DNA of 64,000 nt from Lophium mytilinum (taxonomy: Eukaryota), in contig MU004182.1 of assembly GCA_010093605.1 (NCBI GenBank), positions 124,001 to 188,000 of the forward strand, written 5' to 3'. The notes under the pieces are model-generated. The model saw nothing but the letters and a program-made list of their open reading frames with translations, made no database searches and had not been told where the DNA came from. Below, in pieces: positions 23,837 to 35,600 of this stretch (the stretch's first letter is position 1; each line of letters begins with the position of its first letter). The position numbers were made by a program, and so were the translations under genes.

Positions 23837-26800
23837 AGTCTGTTGATGGAGGAGCTGAACCACCCTTCGCTTTGTATGTAGACGAGGTCAGATCTTGGAC
23901 ATGGTTTTGATTCAATCCCACCCGAACATCGGTGGGGTGTGCTTATCGCCATGATGTGCTTTTGCTATGGTGTGGGTGTACACTAGCATCATCGTTGTCG
24001 TTCTCGCCATGCATGAATTACCAGCAGCATGACATGCATGGATAGCCAATGACTCTCCATAGAAAGGGTATCAAGGATGACTGATGAATCGATATATTTC
24101 AACATAGATAGCTGACGATTACCATTAACAGCCTACTCTCCGTCCTTTAGTATCTAATACATACCCCGTTCCATGCCGTTCAAGGTCGTGTAGATAGAAG
24201 TTTTGGTGCACTACTTACTGCATTATTGGACGATTACACCGCATATACAAGTCTACGACATAGGCTGGACCGGTTCTTAGCCTTTCTGGCCAAGATATAT
24301 ATCTTACTGCTTGGGGTGGCCATTGGAATTCGCATCCTTCGTAAGACTTGGCGTGTCTCGGCCAAAGTTGCCTTCTGCCACCGCCTTTACGAAACGTCTT
24401 CCCATCCCTTCTCTTATCCCTTCACACTCCAGTCTCATCGACCGCATCCCGGAATGGCCAATTGGGGGAATCCCACGGCTTCTGCCCACTTCGAGGCCAT
24501 CACAGCTCATCACAGTCCATCAAACACGAGGCGTTATACCAACGCAGTGACGCCCCACAAGACGCAAGCCTCAAATTCGTCACCTGAGTCAGAATCCCCA
24601 GCTCGACGTTATTTCTGGCATCATCAAACGTGCACCCGCACGCGCCGCCAACCGCCATCCCGCGCGCTCCGCGACGTGCCGGTGCGAGCGCCACGCAGCT
24701 TAGCCAAAGCACAGAGGACTCTGCAGTCGCATCACGCCCTCGCCTCCAGAGTGACATGAGGGGTCTGCGGTCGGGATGTGGAGAGGACAGTGCGGACCAA
24801 AAGATGGCCCATTGGACCAATGAAAAAGGGAAAGACGACTGACATTTCTAGCTTGCAGCGTGTAAATTGCAGATTTACAGAGGCTGCCGCCATTGCCCTG
24901 CCCTAACCCGCTATGCAACCCACAACACCACATGCAGCGGTTTTGCCTATCGTGGCCTCTGCCCTGCAATTTCGGCCATCTCCATTTGGCGCTCTCTTTC
25001 GTTTCTTTGTTCGTTTCGAGCGGCTGGTGGCTAAAGTCTGCCAAAAAGGCAGCCTTCGTCTCCGGTAAAAGCCAAACCCGAGCGACGTGACGCACTGGAT
25101 GCATGCAGGACGCCTGCCGCTCCGTTGGCATCCTGTTAACCGTTTTCGATAGTCCAACTTTTAATGAAGGGTGGCCTAACGCCTTTTCAGCCAGCCCTGT
25201 CGAGGAACGGCTGCAGGCTGGGATGACATCTGCAGAACACCATGACAGACCATGCTGCACGTCCGGCGCCTGACTTTGCATCGGGGTGATGCCCTATCCA
25301 GCATCAAGTGGCATAATGGAAAAGGCACTCTCATCTATGACTGCTTGAGGGGCCCCATGCACTTTGAAGATCTGGGCTGGACGTAAATATTGATTGGGAG
25401 GAAGCCAAGCTACCTGGAAGAGGCTGTTGATTGACCGGTTGTCCAGCAGAGGCAAAAGATCGGAGCTGGTATCTGCCAATAGAAGCAAGGTAGACGAGCT
25501 CGAAATTGCCAGTGGCGCATCCAATCGCAGTTCATGTTTGCTCCGCGAGGTCCGGAGATTAGCATCAGCTTCATGGAAGAGCAGGGACGTCGTGTTCACA
25601 GACTGTGAACTGCGAGGATCTATGCAGGCCTGGTCATCAGCTAGGGATGCTGTGCAGGAAGCAGCTCATGCGCTCAAGAGCAATGCATGCGAAAGTCGAT
25701 GCATGGGAGGTTACGCAGGCATGTGCAGCGCTCACAGCTCTTTCGATCTATCAGCCCTACCTGGTCATAGCAGGGCGAGTAACGACGGCTTTAGCAGGGA
25801 CATCTGGTCTCACTACAGCGAATTACGGGACCGAACTGGCCAGGAACAGCAGTTCGCCCGTTTTCTCCCTGGTGCACACGCAATATTGTCGATGCCCAGG
25901 ATGAGGCCATGATTGCGGAGCCGCAACAGACAGCTCAGCGATGGAAGTGGCGCAGGGAGATCAGTGCATTGAGCCAAGGGACACCAGGTTCGATGATAGG
26001 GGATTGAACGGGAGGGTGCACAAGCCAAACCCGAGATGCAAGCAGCCGTTCTCTACCACACGACTGGCGCCGGCTGACGACGTCACGGGAGTGGATTCGC
26101 AACGATGCTAGGTATTTTCCTCAGGCACCGGCGGCAGACTGCAAGCGAAGGTTGCACGCCGTGCTGATTTTGCTTTTGTTTGGGCTAAGGAACCGACAGC
26201 TCGGATGCGGCACAGCGGGCCAAGCGCTGGTGGACTCTTCTAGGCGAGCTGTGGAATCTGCGATCTCAAAACGGCTCCCCGATCTGTTCGCTGGAAACAG
26301 GGCGCGAGAAGAATCCCATGGTCCCGGGGCGAGCCACCCGCTTCGAGTCATGCCCCCTAGACGTCGAATTTATTCTGTACCACCTACCCAACACACTCAC
26401 TACCACGAAACCTCCAGCCTGTCCAGCTGCAACCGTCGAGCGCACGACATCTGCCGCTGCAGGCGACCCCTCCGCTTCGTGCGGGGAACTGGGCAGCCGA
26501 TGCTGGCCGGCGGGGAGTGCATGCAGCTGACACGCACCAACGGGAGTGGACTCGAAGGGGGCAGGATGTCAAACCAACTTGCATGAGCCACAAACGTGGG
26601 TATGGGCATGTGCGCGGCAAAAACAGCGATGAGCATGCCACTCACCTCCCGCATAGAGCTTCTCCTGCGTCGTGCACGACAGCGTCGCAGAAAGCAGCAA
26701 AACGGCCCAATCACAGAATTCTCTCAGCCGGGCAGGATTCAGCACCTGGTGTCCGCCGCCAGCACATGATCAGGCCTGCGATGCGGCAGGGATGCCCGTC

Positions 26801-27064
26801 GTCGTGTTTAAGCAGGCTGGCCTAAAAGGGACGACAGCCAAACGCACTCTTGTCGACTCCGTTCTTGTTCGGAGAGGACCATCGCAAGGGAAACGAGTTC
26901 TTGGGACTTTGCGGTGGGCCTTGGGATTACCACGACGGTCCACAGCTGCAGAGTACCCCGTCGTCTGGGGGATGAGGGCCAGGAAGCGCATCATCCAGCA
27001 GGGGCGCTCGCTCGTGGGAACCACCCCCACGGGTGTGAGGGGTGATGCACGGTTGCCGAAGGTA

Positions 27065-28355
27065 CACTCTCCCCCCCTGTACGGACTGAACAAGCACCGT
27101 GCACGACAGGGGGCATCACAGGCCACCGAAGCTTCGAGATATCCTTATTAATTTGTATATAATTCTCAATGCAGGCATGTTTCCATGTGTCAGCCATTCT
27201 AAACGGTCGCTTACCTGTCCCTTACAAGATGACTCTTTCCACCCCTCAGCGCCAGCTCACTCGTGATGAGCGCCTACGCATCCAAACGTTCCATGAAGCC
27301 GGCCTAAAATTGCGAGAGATTTGCAAGCGCATGGGAGTATCTCTCTCTACGGTTTCAACTGTCATTAACGGTCCAACAACGCCTACAAAATCAAAAGGAC
27401 GCCGGCCAATTCTAGACACCCCAACCCGCCACCGCTTGGTTCTCCATGCCACGCTCAACGCCGACCAACGGAGGAAGCCTTGGAGAGTAATAGCCAATGA
27501 GCTAGGCATTTGAGTGAATGATAAAGCGCTTAATGCAGCATTCCATAAGATGGGCTATTATTGAAGGAAAGCCCATAGAAAGCTATGGCTTACACCAGAA
27601 CACAAGGCAGCTCGACTTAGATGGGCCTACGAGCATCTCGAATGGACACAGAGTGAATGGGATCGGGTTTGTTGGACCGATGAGGCATCCTTCTGCTTGG
27701 ATTGGGGTGCTGTTTGGGTAACAAGAGGAGAAGGAGAGATGTTCCATCCGGATTGCCTTATTCCTAAGTTTCGAGGCTATTCAGATTGGATGGTTTGGGG
27801 TGCCATTTCGTCAAAAGCAAAGGGACCATTGGTATTCTTTGAAAAGGAATGGGGCTCTATTAACAACGAGGTTTATCGACATAAGATACTTCCTTACATC
27901 CTAGAGTATCGAAGGGGATACGAGCAGTACATTCTTGGCGAAGGAGGCATGCTTTTAATGGAAGATGGATCAAGAGTTCACACTGCCAAGGCAGTGGCAG
28001 AGGAATGGGGGTGGCACGGCCTGAATAGGATATGGTTTCCTGCCAATTCACCGGATTTGAACCCCATTGAAAACCTCTGGAGGCGGCTGAAGGATGCTGT
28101 TGCTCGCCGGCGACCAAAGGATTGAGGTGAATTGAGGCAGGTGCTGCAGGAAGAATGGGCCAAGATCGATCTGAATTGGATTCGGTCGCTCGTGTATTCG
28201 ATGAATGATAGGTGCCAAGCCGTCATCTTGGCTCAGGGGGGGCATATAAAGTGGTGACTGAGCATTGTATTGTACGTAAAATTGTATGAAACCGAGTGCC
28301 CAGGGGCCCCCTGTCGTGCACGGTGCTTGTTCAGTCCGTACAGGGGGGGAGAGTG
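27065..28355 (+). mobile_element. Tc1/mariner (DD34E, impala-like) DNA transposon, 1291 bp
   Basis: Perfect 50-bp TIRs at 27065-27114 and 28306-28355, flanked by a TA duplication (27063-64 and 28356-57). Confidence 0.96.
27229..28257 (+). pseudogene. Tc1-family transposase (342 codons) with three premature TGA stops
   Basis: Single frame with an HTH N-terminus, GRRP, WTDEASF, WMVWGAI, MEDG and SPDLNPIENLW (34 residues between D and E). Internal TGA at 27511, 27562 and 28123. Confidence 0.93.
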
Positions 28356-30732
28356 TAGGTCGACGCAATTTCCCTCCCTCCCTCAGCTGGGCGTCATGTT
28401 TCCTCCCTCGGCCGACCATAGTGTCGGGAATTGATGTGTCGACGCCGTTTCGCTTGGTGCTGGTGTCTTGCGCTCCAGCCGACGACTTGACGTCGCTGAC
28501 GGGCTCCCGCGTGCCGCTTCTGCGAGGACCCGAAAACACGCACCGGCAGCGGCTCATCGCTTGCAGACGATCGCTGTTTGGCGCTGGAACTGGACAGCTG
28601 GGCCCGCGAGTAATGCGCCTGGAGCACCCTTTGGTCTGACCAGGGATCCGTGGTCCCGGAATGCTGCCCGACATATTGACCAGATGCCGTCATCGTCACA
28701 CCCGACGATCCATTGCAAGAATATGTACCTACTCCGTACCGGACTTCGAAGAAAGGCTGCGCTTGGCACGCACAATACTCGGTTGTGCAGCTGTTTGGAT
28801 GCGCAATGGCTCCTGGAAGTAGGGGGCTAGAACTTGAGGCTTTCTGCGCTGTCACTCAGGTTGTTGTCTGCAGTGCCTTCCTCTACCCGTCTAATCCTGT
28901 CTGAAACTCTCCAGCACATTTTGGAATGGGACGTGACGGATTGAGCACGCGTTTCTTTTTCGCTCTGGTTTGGGAATCTCCAGGTACACTTGCATAAGGG
29001 CATGCCAAGCGGGGTCACTATACGAGGCTCCCCCGTCTCCATCCCAGCATCGCAGGCATCTCTTGCTGCCCAGACACCCATGCTTTGCGGGCCGGGGCAG
29101 GGCTGAGCTTCCCTCTGCATCTCCTGCGTCGTCGGACGACACTCCAAAAGCAGCGTGCGGCGAGCGAGGAGGACCGGGAAAAACCGCGCCCAAGTCGACC
29201 TTCGAGATGCTCTGATGACGCTAGCAGTCTGCATCGCTGCTTGGCGCAGGACTCGAACTGCCGTACTGCCGCACTCCAAGCCGCTCTACTGTCGGCAGTC
29301 ACCACAGGCAAAGCCACCACATACGGATCGCCGTCTTAACACTTCTTGAGGGCTGCCTGGCGTGCGTTTGCGCCCCTTGGGTCCACAGGGAGCAGTTGGG
29401 GGCGTGGGAGGGCTGCGGCGAGGGGCGGGCGTGAGGGCATCTGCAGGAGGTGCATCTGGCACCAGCGATCGGACATTTCTTTGGTGGCAGCGTCGTCGAC
29501 GTGGGACGCGACGAGGGCGCTCCCGAGCAACAGGAAGCGGGCTAGCCGTTCTCACCGGACAGGCACCGTCGTTGGCTAGCGCACCGGCGTGATCGCGCAC
29601 GCTGCTGGACAGGCTGGGCAGAGAACGACAGGCGTCCTGGAACGTTGTGCAGCATCCCCGGACGCTTCGCCATCCTTCTTCCACCACGCCGGCCCTGCAC
29701 CGCGTCCAGAGACATGCCAATCGGCCACAAAGGCGCACCACCCGCCACGCCATCGTGGCCAGCCTGCCGCTTCTGTGCACAGCATGGCCGCGTTGTCTTG
29801 CACCAGAGACCGCTGTCGCCGCAGCCTGTCCGCCGTATGCGCACTGTCCTGCCACCACCATCCTGACAGCCGCCGCCGCGCGAAAGAGTGCCCTCATGTG
29901 GAGCTGCGTGAGAGCTGGACGCGCTGCACTCGGCAAGTCACTGGTGCTGAGTGTCGCGCCATTTGCTCTCCGCACACTCTGGACGGCACCCGTTGCAGAG
30001 CACTGTGAGCGCTGCCAGAACACTGCTCCCACTGCTACCACCAGCACTCTAGCCGGCGAGCGCACAGTTGGTGGCTCGGTGTGCTTCCGCTTTCCGCGCT
30101 GCTGGCCCCTCCTCAGGCTCGCCGTCGTGGCCGCCAGGCCGCATGTGCCGCTCCTCGCTCGCGCTCATGCACGCTGCTCGCAACGACTCGCACCGCTGGC
30201 CGCCCGCGCTTTGTGCCCATGCCCCCCGCCGGCAGTGGGCTGGCCGTCAAGCAGGGACCCCGGTCTCGTTGCTTCGGGCATGATTTGCTGCAGGCCTGGG
30301 TTCGGGCTGATCGTGCGGCCAGCCTTGGCCTGCCAGGCCTGCCCAACTCACCGCAACATTCTTATATCAGTGGCTGTGAGCGCACAGAGCGCCCGCATCC
30401 GCCAGCTGGTCACGGGCTCGTTCAAATCCGCCCTGCTCCCCACGGCCCCCAAAGGGAACTGACACTCCTCGCCCGTGCCCGCACTTAGACCTCCACCGTC
30501 CCTGCGTTCTCATTTCACTGCCCGACCTTGATATCATGGCCCTGAGCAAGCCTATCCACGCCTAATCTGATCTGTCTGACATCGTCCCGCTCCCGACTGC
30601 CCCCAGACGCTCCCCGCCCACCCTACTCCACTCGCTTAGTGCTCCTGCTTTCTCCCGAGTCACTACAACCCTTCCTCTCTCCATCCACTGAACTGTCCGG
30701 GCCGTTGCAAAACGACCCTACCTCTCGTCATC

Positions 30733-32619
30733 GTGGCTGCTCCGGCTCTCTTTGCGCTTCCTCCTTCATCTCACAGTCATTACCATCCTCGCTTTCCAAA
30801 CCCTTTGCCAGCAACTTTCCAACTGTTTCCCGATTCGAGGCCGCGTTTGGAAGACTCTCCTCTGCCTCCTCACGCCGGAAACCCAGCTCAGGACCGCCCA
30901 TGGTTGGCACAGCTGGGTCGGGGGAGCTTCGACGAAGGATCCATGTCCCGTCACGGCGCCCCGGCATCTCAGTCTAGCTCCAATCATGACGACGCTTTCC
31001 AAAGGCCTCGCCAGAATGCTCCTCCGCCAGCAAACCACCGTATGGCAATGCACTCGCTTTCCCGGGACCCAACCCCGGATTCGCAAGCTGGAGGAGGCGT
31101 CTCCCTTCCCCCTCTGCGACAGGTCTCACGCACCCCACCAACCCCATCTTCAGATGGGAGAAGATCTCTGGGAATGCAGTCAATTCTAAATCCTCCATCA
31201 GATTTACTCGAGCCGCGGGGCCAACGGCGGAGTGCAACTCAGATGGAATCGCCTTCCCCACTGGAGTCGACACCTGCAGGTAGTTTACCCTCACTCAGCC
31301 GACCCACTAGTGTAGATTCGACCCAGGAGGACCACGCCATGGGAAGGCCGTATCCAGGCGTTGGGAGAGCCTCGAGGCACATTCTGAGCCCACGATCACC
31401 AACGCTACACCGAACCCAGAGTCTTGGAGTACTCAATCCGCCTACCGGAACGATTGATGCTCACCATACGCCGTTCCTCTCGCCGGTCACACGCGCGTAC
31501 ATGGTCCAACCAGGAACTGCGGGGGTACCACCACTACCGACTCCGCCCGCTGCTCATCGTGCGGAGTACAACTTTCCACCTCCAGCGCCCACGCCACCGC
31601 TGCAAAGAGCAGACCTACGACGAAGAAGCATGGGGTTCCCACAGTCAGGGAGTGCGAGCCCAACTACGTCATTTTCACCCTTCAGCCAGCCAGCTCAGCT
31701 GGCAGGGAATCAGTATGAGCAGGGTGGTCCGGCGCAATCCTCGTACATTAGGATGAGAAGTAATACGCCTTCTTCGCAGCAATACAGCAATCCCCCGCTT
31801 TCTGTGGAATCAGAACGAAATTACATCCCTGTCGCATCTACTGGTCAAAGCAGCTACCAAATACTAACCGTAAATACTCAGGAGGGGCACTCAATCCAGA
31901 TACCAGTCGATGTTTCGGCGGCCTCCAAGTCAGCAGACGAAAAGAGAAAGAGAAACGCAGGGGCTTCTGCCAGATTCCGCCAACGCCGAAAAGAAAAGGA
32001 GAAGGAGGCCTCTTCCACTATCGCCAAGTTAGAACTGCAATTGCGCGAGGCAAACGAAGATTTGGACTACTACAAAGCAGAGCGGGACTACTTCCGCAAT
32101 GTCATCGGCCAGCAGCCGGGAGCTGGTATACATTTCCCGCGGCCCACCTCTCCACGCATTGGACGAACCCCGATTCCATCAAGCGTTGCGGCGTCTTCTG
32201 CCACAGACTCGCCGAACCGGTACTCTGAGTTCTCCGAGCCGCCAGAGCATCGAGATGTTGGGCGAAACGTACGCAGACGCACAAGTACCTATGTGCCAGC
32301 ACCTGCGCCAGCACCAGTACCACAGTCGGGACCTGGGTCGCAACATCAGCCTTACACGTCGACAGCGTTCCCTGCGGCTGTCCCAGTACCAGCATCGCAA
32401 ACCGGGAACCACAGTCTGGGTGGCCATGCGTTACATCAGCATCAGCAGCAGCAATCGCCACAGCAGCAGCATGACTCTCGCATTATTCGGCAGCACGTTG
32501 AGTCTACACAACCCCAGCAACATCCTCAAAGACCGGTTCTCCGGGATCCGTTTCCCCAGGAAGCCAGGTACGAGAGGGGCTGGCCACCTATGCCCGGACG
32601 AGATACCCGCAGACAGTAA
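30733..32619 (+). CDS. bZIP transcription factor (first in-frame ATG at 30943; open frame extends upstream)
   Basis: Basic region ADEKRKRNAGASARFRQRRKEKE followed by a zipper (IAKLELQLREANEDLDYYKAERDYFR), flanked by Pro/Ser/Gln-rich disordered sequence. Confidence 0.9.
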   Translation: MAAPALFALPPSSHSHYHPRFPNPLPATFQLFPDSRPRLEDSPLPPHAGNPAQDRPWLAQLGRGSFDEGSMSRHGAPASQSSSNHDDAFQRPRQNAPPPANHRMAMHSLSRDPTPDSQAGGGVSLPPLRQVSRTPPTPSSDGRRSLGMQSILNPPSDLLEPRGQRRSATQMESPSPLESTPAGSLPSLSRPTSVDSTQEDHAMGRPYPGVGRASRHILSPRSPTLHRTQSLGVLNPPTGTIDAHHTPFLSPVTRAYMVQPGTAGVPPLPTPPAAHRAEYNFPPPAPTPPLQRADLRRRSMGFPQSGSASPTTSFSPFSQPAQLAGNQYEQGGPAQSSYIRMRSNTPSSQQYSNPPLSVESERNYIPVASTGQSSYQILTVNTQEGHSIQIPVDVSAASKSADEKRKRNAGASARFRQRRKEKEKEASSTIAKLELQLREANEDLDYYKAERDYFRNVIGQQPGAGIHFPRPTSPRIGRTPIPSSVAASSATDSPNRYSEFSEPPEHRDVGRNVRRRTSTYVPAPAPAPVPQSGPGSQHQPYTSTAFPAAVPVPASQTGNHSLGGHALHQHQQQQSPQQQHDSRIIRQHVESTQPQQHPQRPVLRDPFPQEARYERGWPPMPGRDTRRQ

Positions 32620-35600
32620 TCATAATCATATCGCTGTATGGATGCACAAGGGTATCCGACACCCCACTCCACAATTAGTGTCAACATCCACAGACTATAC
32701 ATAACCATCAGCACATAAAAATCGACAATTCCTCATAGGCCACTAATCAGTTCATTTCCTTGCCCGGCTTTGCACTACATCGACAGCGGCGTTTTCGGCG
32801 GCGGCAGCATTTGCATAAGCACTTCTCGGACTTCATCGGCGCAAAGCAACAATTTGGATCAGTCATCACCGCAACGTTTCCTTTTTAATCAGTAACAGAA
32901 GTTGATACCCTCGGAGAAGCGGCGACATCGGTGCATCATTATTAGTACCCTTCCTTTCGTGACACCATGTTCTCTTCTACGATATACAGCAGTTGACCGC
33001 TGTGGAAAGAGTGGTGCAGTACAGTATACGCGAGACGTACCAACTCGATTTTTAAGACCTTATCATAATCAAGCGCATTGCGAGTGTGCAGTTCAAGTGT
33101 CATCTTTCAGAGACTTTTCGAACGACATGGCACCCACCAGCACCTCCTCCTAAGCACCATCTTCCTCGCCCTATACCCCTAGCAAGGGCATTTCTTTCCT
33201 TTCCTACTGCTCTCCTGTTACACATCAGACTTGCATATAGAACCAAAGATTACCATCTAAGATCCTCGCGGATCGAAACCCAAGATACCACCCATTTCCT
33301 TTTCAGTCTCAAAATTAAGCTTTGACGGACTTTTGTATATACGTAGAGAAGGCGCTAGTGAGGAGAAAGGGGGAGATTCACCCTACGGCCGGCAAAACGG
33401 GAAGAGGGGGGGCGAAGCAAGCCCAGTCCAGCCCACGAAACCATACGAAATTCACCCTAGCCAACGCGGCGAACGAGAGGGGTTACGGCAGAGGAGGCGG
33501 AGGGGAGCCAGAGCGTGGATCGAGAATCCATGGATCCGTTTTTCGGAATGGTGTACGTTTTGTAGTGAGAAACCGACGTTCGGATTCCGCCGATAGCGCC
33601 TGTATTACCGCAAATCGAAAAGTCGAAGGAAAGAAATTCAGATGAAAAGTTCATATCCAATCGGGTGCAACACGTTCCGCCGTTTTTTGTTGAATTTTCT
33701 GAACGCTGCAACATACGGTAACTAGCTCCGGAGTACTTACCGCTATTGCCAGTCACATTTTCCCACGTGGACTCGAGGAAGTTTGGCGTAAGGCCAAGTC
33801 TGCTAAAAGAAAGAGGCGCTTACAGATCCTGACGCTTGATGCGCTATCTCGATTTCCAACCTAACTAACCACCCCAGGGTGCGGCGGGTATTCCGGTTTG
33901 AAACACTGGCAACCCGGATGCGGCATGCAGACTCGAAGCGAAGGGGGTGAGAAGGGCGGCGGGCGCTCTAGCACGCCTTGTTTCTGGCACTACGATGTGA
34001 CTACCGAACCCCTGCTCGTCTGGCTACCTCGGGCGGCGTTGGTGTTGAGGGAGATCTGCGGCGCGAGGCTGCAGGTGACAGGGCGATCTGCAGAGCGTTG
34101 CTAGAGCTGGTAAGGGGCGGTTGCAGATCTGGTGACGGGTCCCTGTGGTGAGCATTGTTTTCTTGGCGGGGGAAGGGCGGGACGTTGGGTTGGGCCGGGT
34201 TTCATCGACCATCGCCAATGCCAACGCCCATCTCATCTCATCGCGGCGTGAGGTCATATGATGCTGGGCGCGGATATCTCCTCTGCGCTGCCCGCTCTTG
34301 GCCGACCGACATGAGGGGCATATCCTTGCCCTGCGGCGTTTTCGATGCTGTTTAATTCTACGATGTGCAAATGGATGTTTCGGCCCGGGAATATTGGTAC
34401 TTCTGCTGCGCAACGCTTGGGAAGATGCAAGCCCCGAGAAAGGGCCGCTGGTAGGAGCGTCGCTTCGTTGGTGGTGGTGGACGTTTCATCTGCGCCTCCA
34501 ACACCTGGCTGGCAGGAGGGTACTCCGGCGAGGACAGTTGGAAGCAACGCGCGTTGAAGGCTTGCGCGGATGGCGGATGGCGGGATGGCGGTATACCCTT
34601 GGCAGCCGTTTTGACGACGTTTTAAGGTCGGGGGGGAACGTGCGTTTGCGACCTCTAGCTCCAGTTAGCCACGATCTGAAAAGCGTAAGCAGCGAAGTGG
34701 TAAGGTTTGAGAAAAGGCCCGAAATGGGGCGCTCGTCGTCGTATCATGGGGGCTTTTGAAGGGAGATTGCCGTAGGGCTACGGAGGAAGCGGAGGATGGA
34801 GCGGACAGGGCCGAGAGCCGGAGGGTCGTTTTGAATGTGGCTTGGAGAAGGGAGGGCCGGATCGGGCAATCCTGATGCTGAGGTGAGGTAGGGATCAAGG
34901 CGCTGCGGAGTCCCTAGCTGCTCCATCAGTGGACGGGGGAACCGGATCCGAGCCAGGTAGTGCGATGTGATATGGACCGACGAAACGACAGGTGTGGACC
35001 CACAAGTCACAATCTACGACGTCGAATCTCGATGCATCGAAAACGCATCTCATCGTATTCTGTGGTGTGCTGTTCTCAACACCGACATCGATCCATATAT
35101 TGCGCAGGAACGCTTATGCAATGCGAGGTTTGCTGTTCCCAACACCACTACGTACTGCGCACTCGCTGTTTGGTTGGATTACATGATTTTATGTTGGTGA
35201 TTTACCCAGCGGTGTGGAAACTTTTGGGGGACTTTTGGAGCGACTGCTGCGAAGCTAATGCGTGGCTAGAGCTCACCTGCCTTGCCGTAGCTGGGGGCGT
35301 GGTGCGGGTCAATAAAATGTCCTGCAGCTCCCAACTGCTTCCGGACGGGGGTTCTTCTGACAGGTGCACGTGTACGAAGGGATGCCGCCGCCGGCAGTTG
35401 CTGTCGTTGCAGCTCGCCTGAAACTCAAACCAAACAACCCAGGGCCCAGTTCGTACATACATATATTTTTCTGCAAGTCCATACCGGGATGAGACAAAGA
35501 GAAGGACCGCGAGCGATGGAGTTCAGCCCTACTTCTCTCATGCCCCCTCCCATTTCCAACTTTTTTACGTTCTGCAAGTATGCTGGCCAACACAACGTTA

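Noticed and set aside
24226..26030. ORFs of 172-193 aa
   Set aside because: No motifs, weak starts and no convincing splice model. A degraded gene cannot be excluded.
28400..30550. Many overlapping ORFs up to 271 aa
   Set aside because: GC-rich sequence with few stop codons. The translations are Arg/Ala/Pro-rich on both strands with no recognisable domain.
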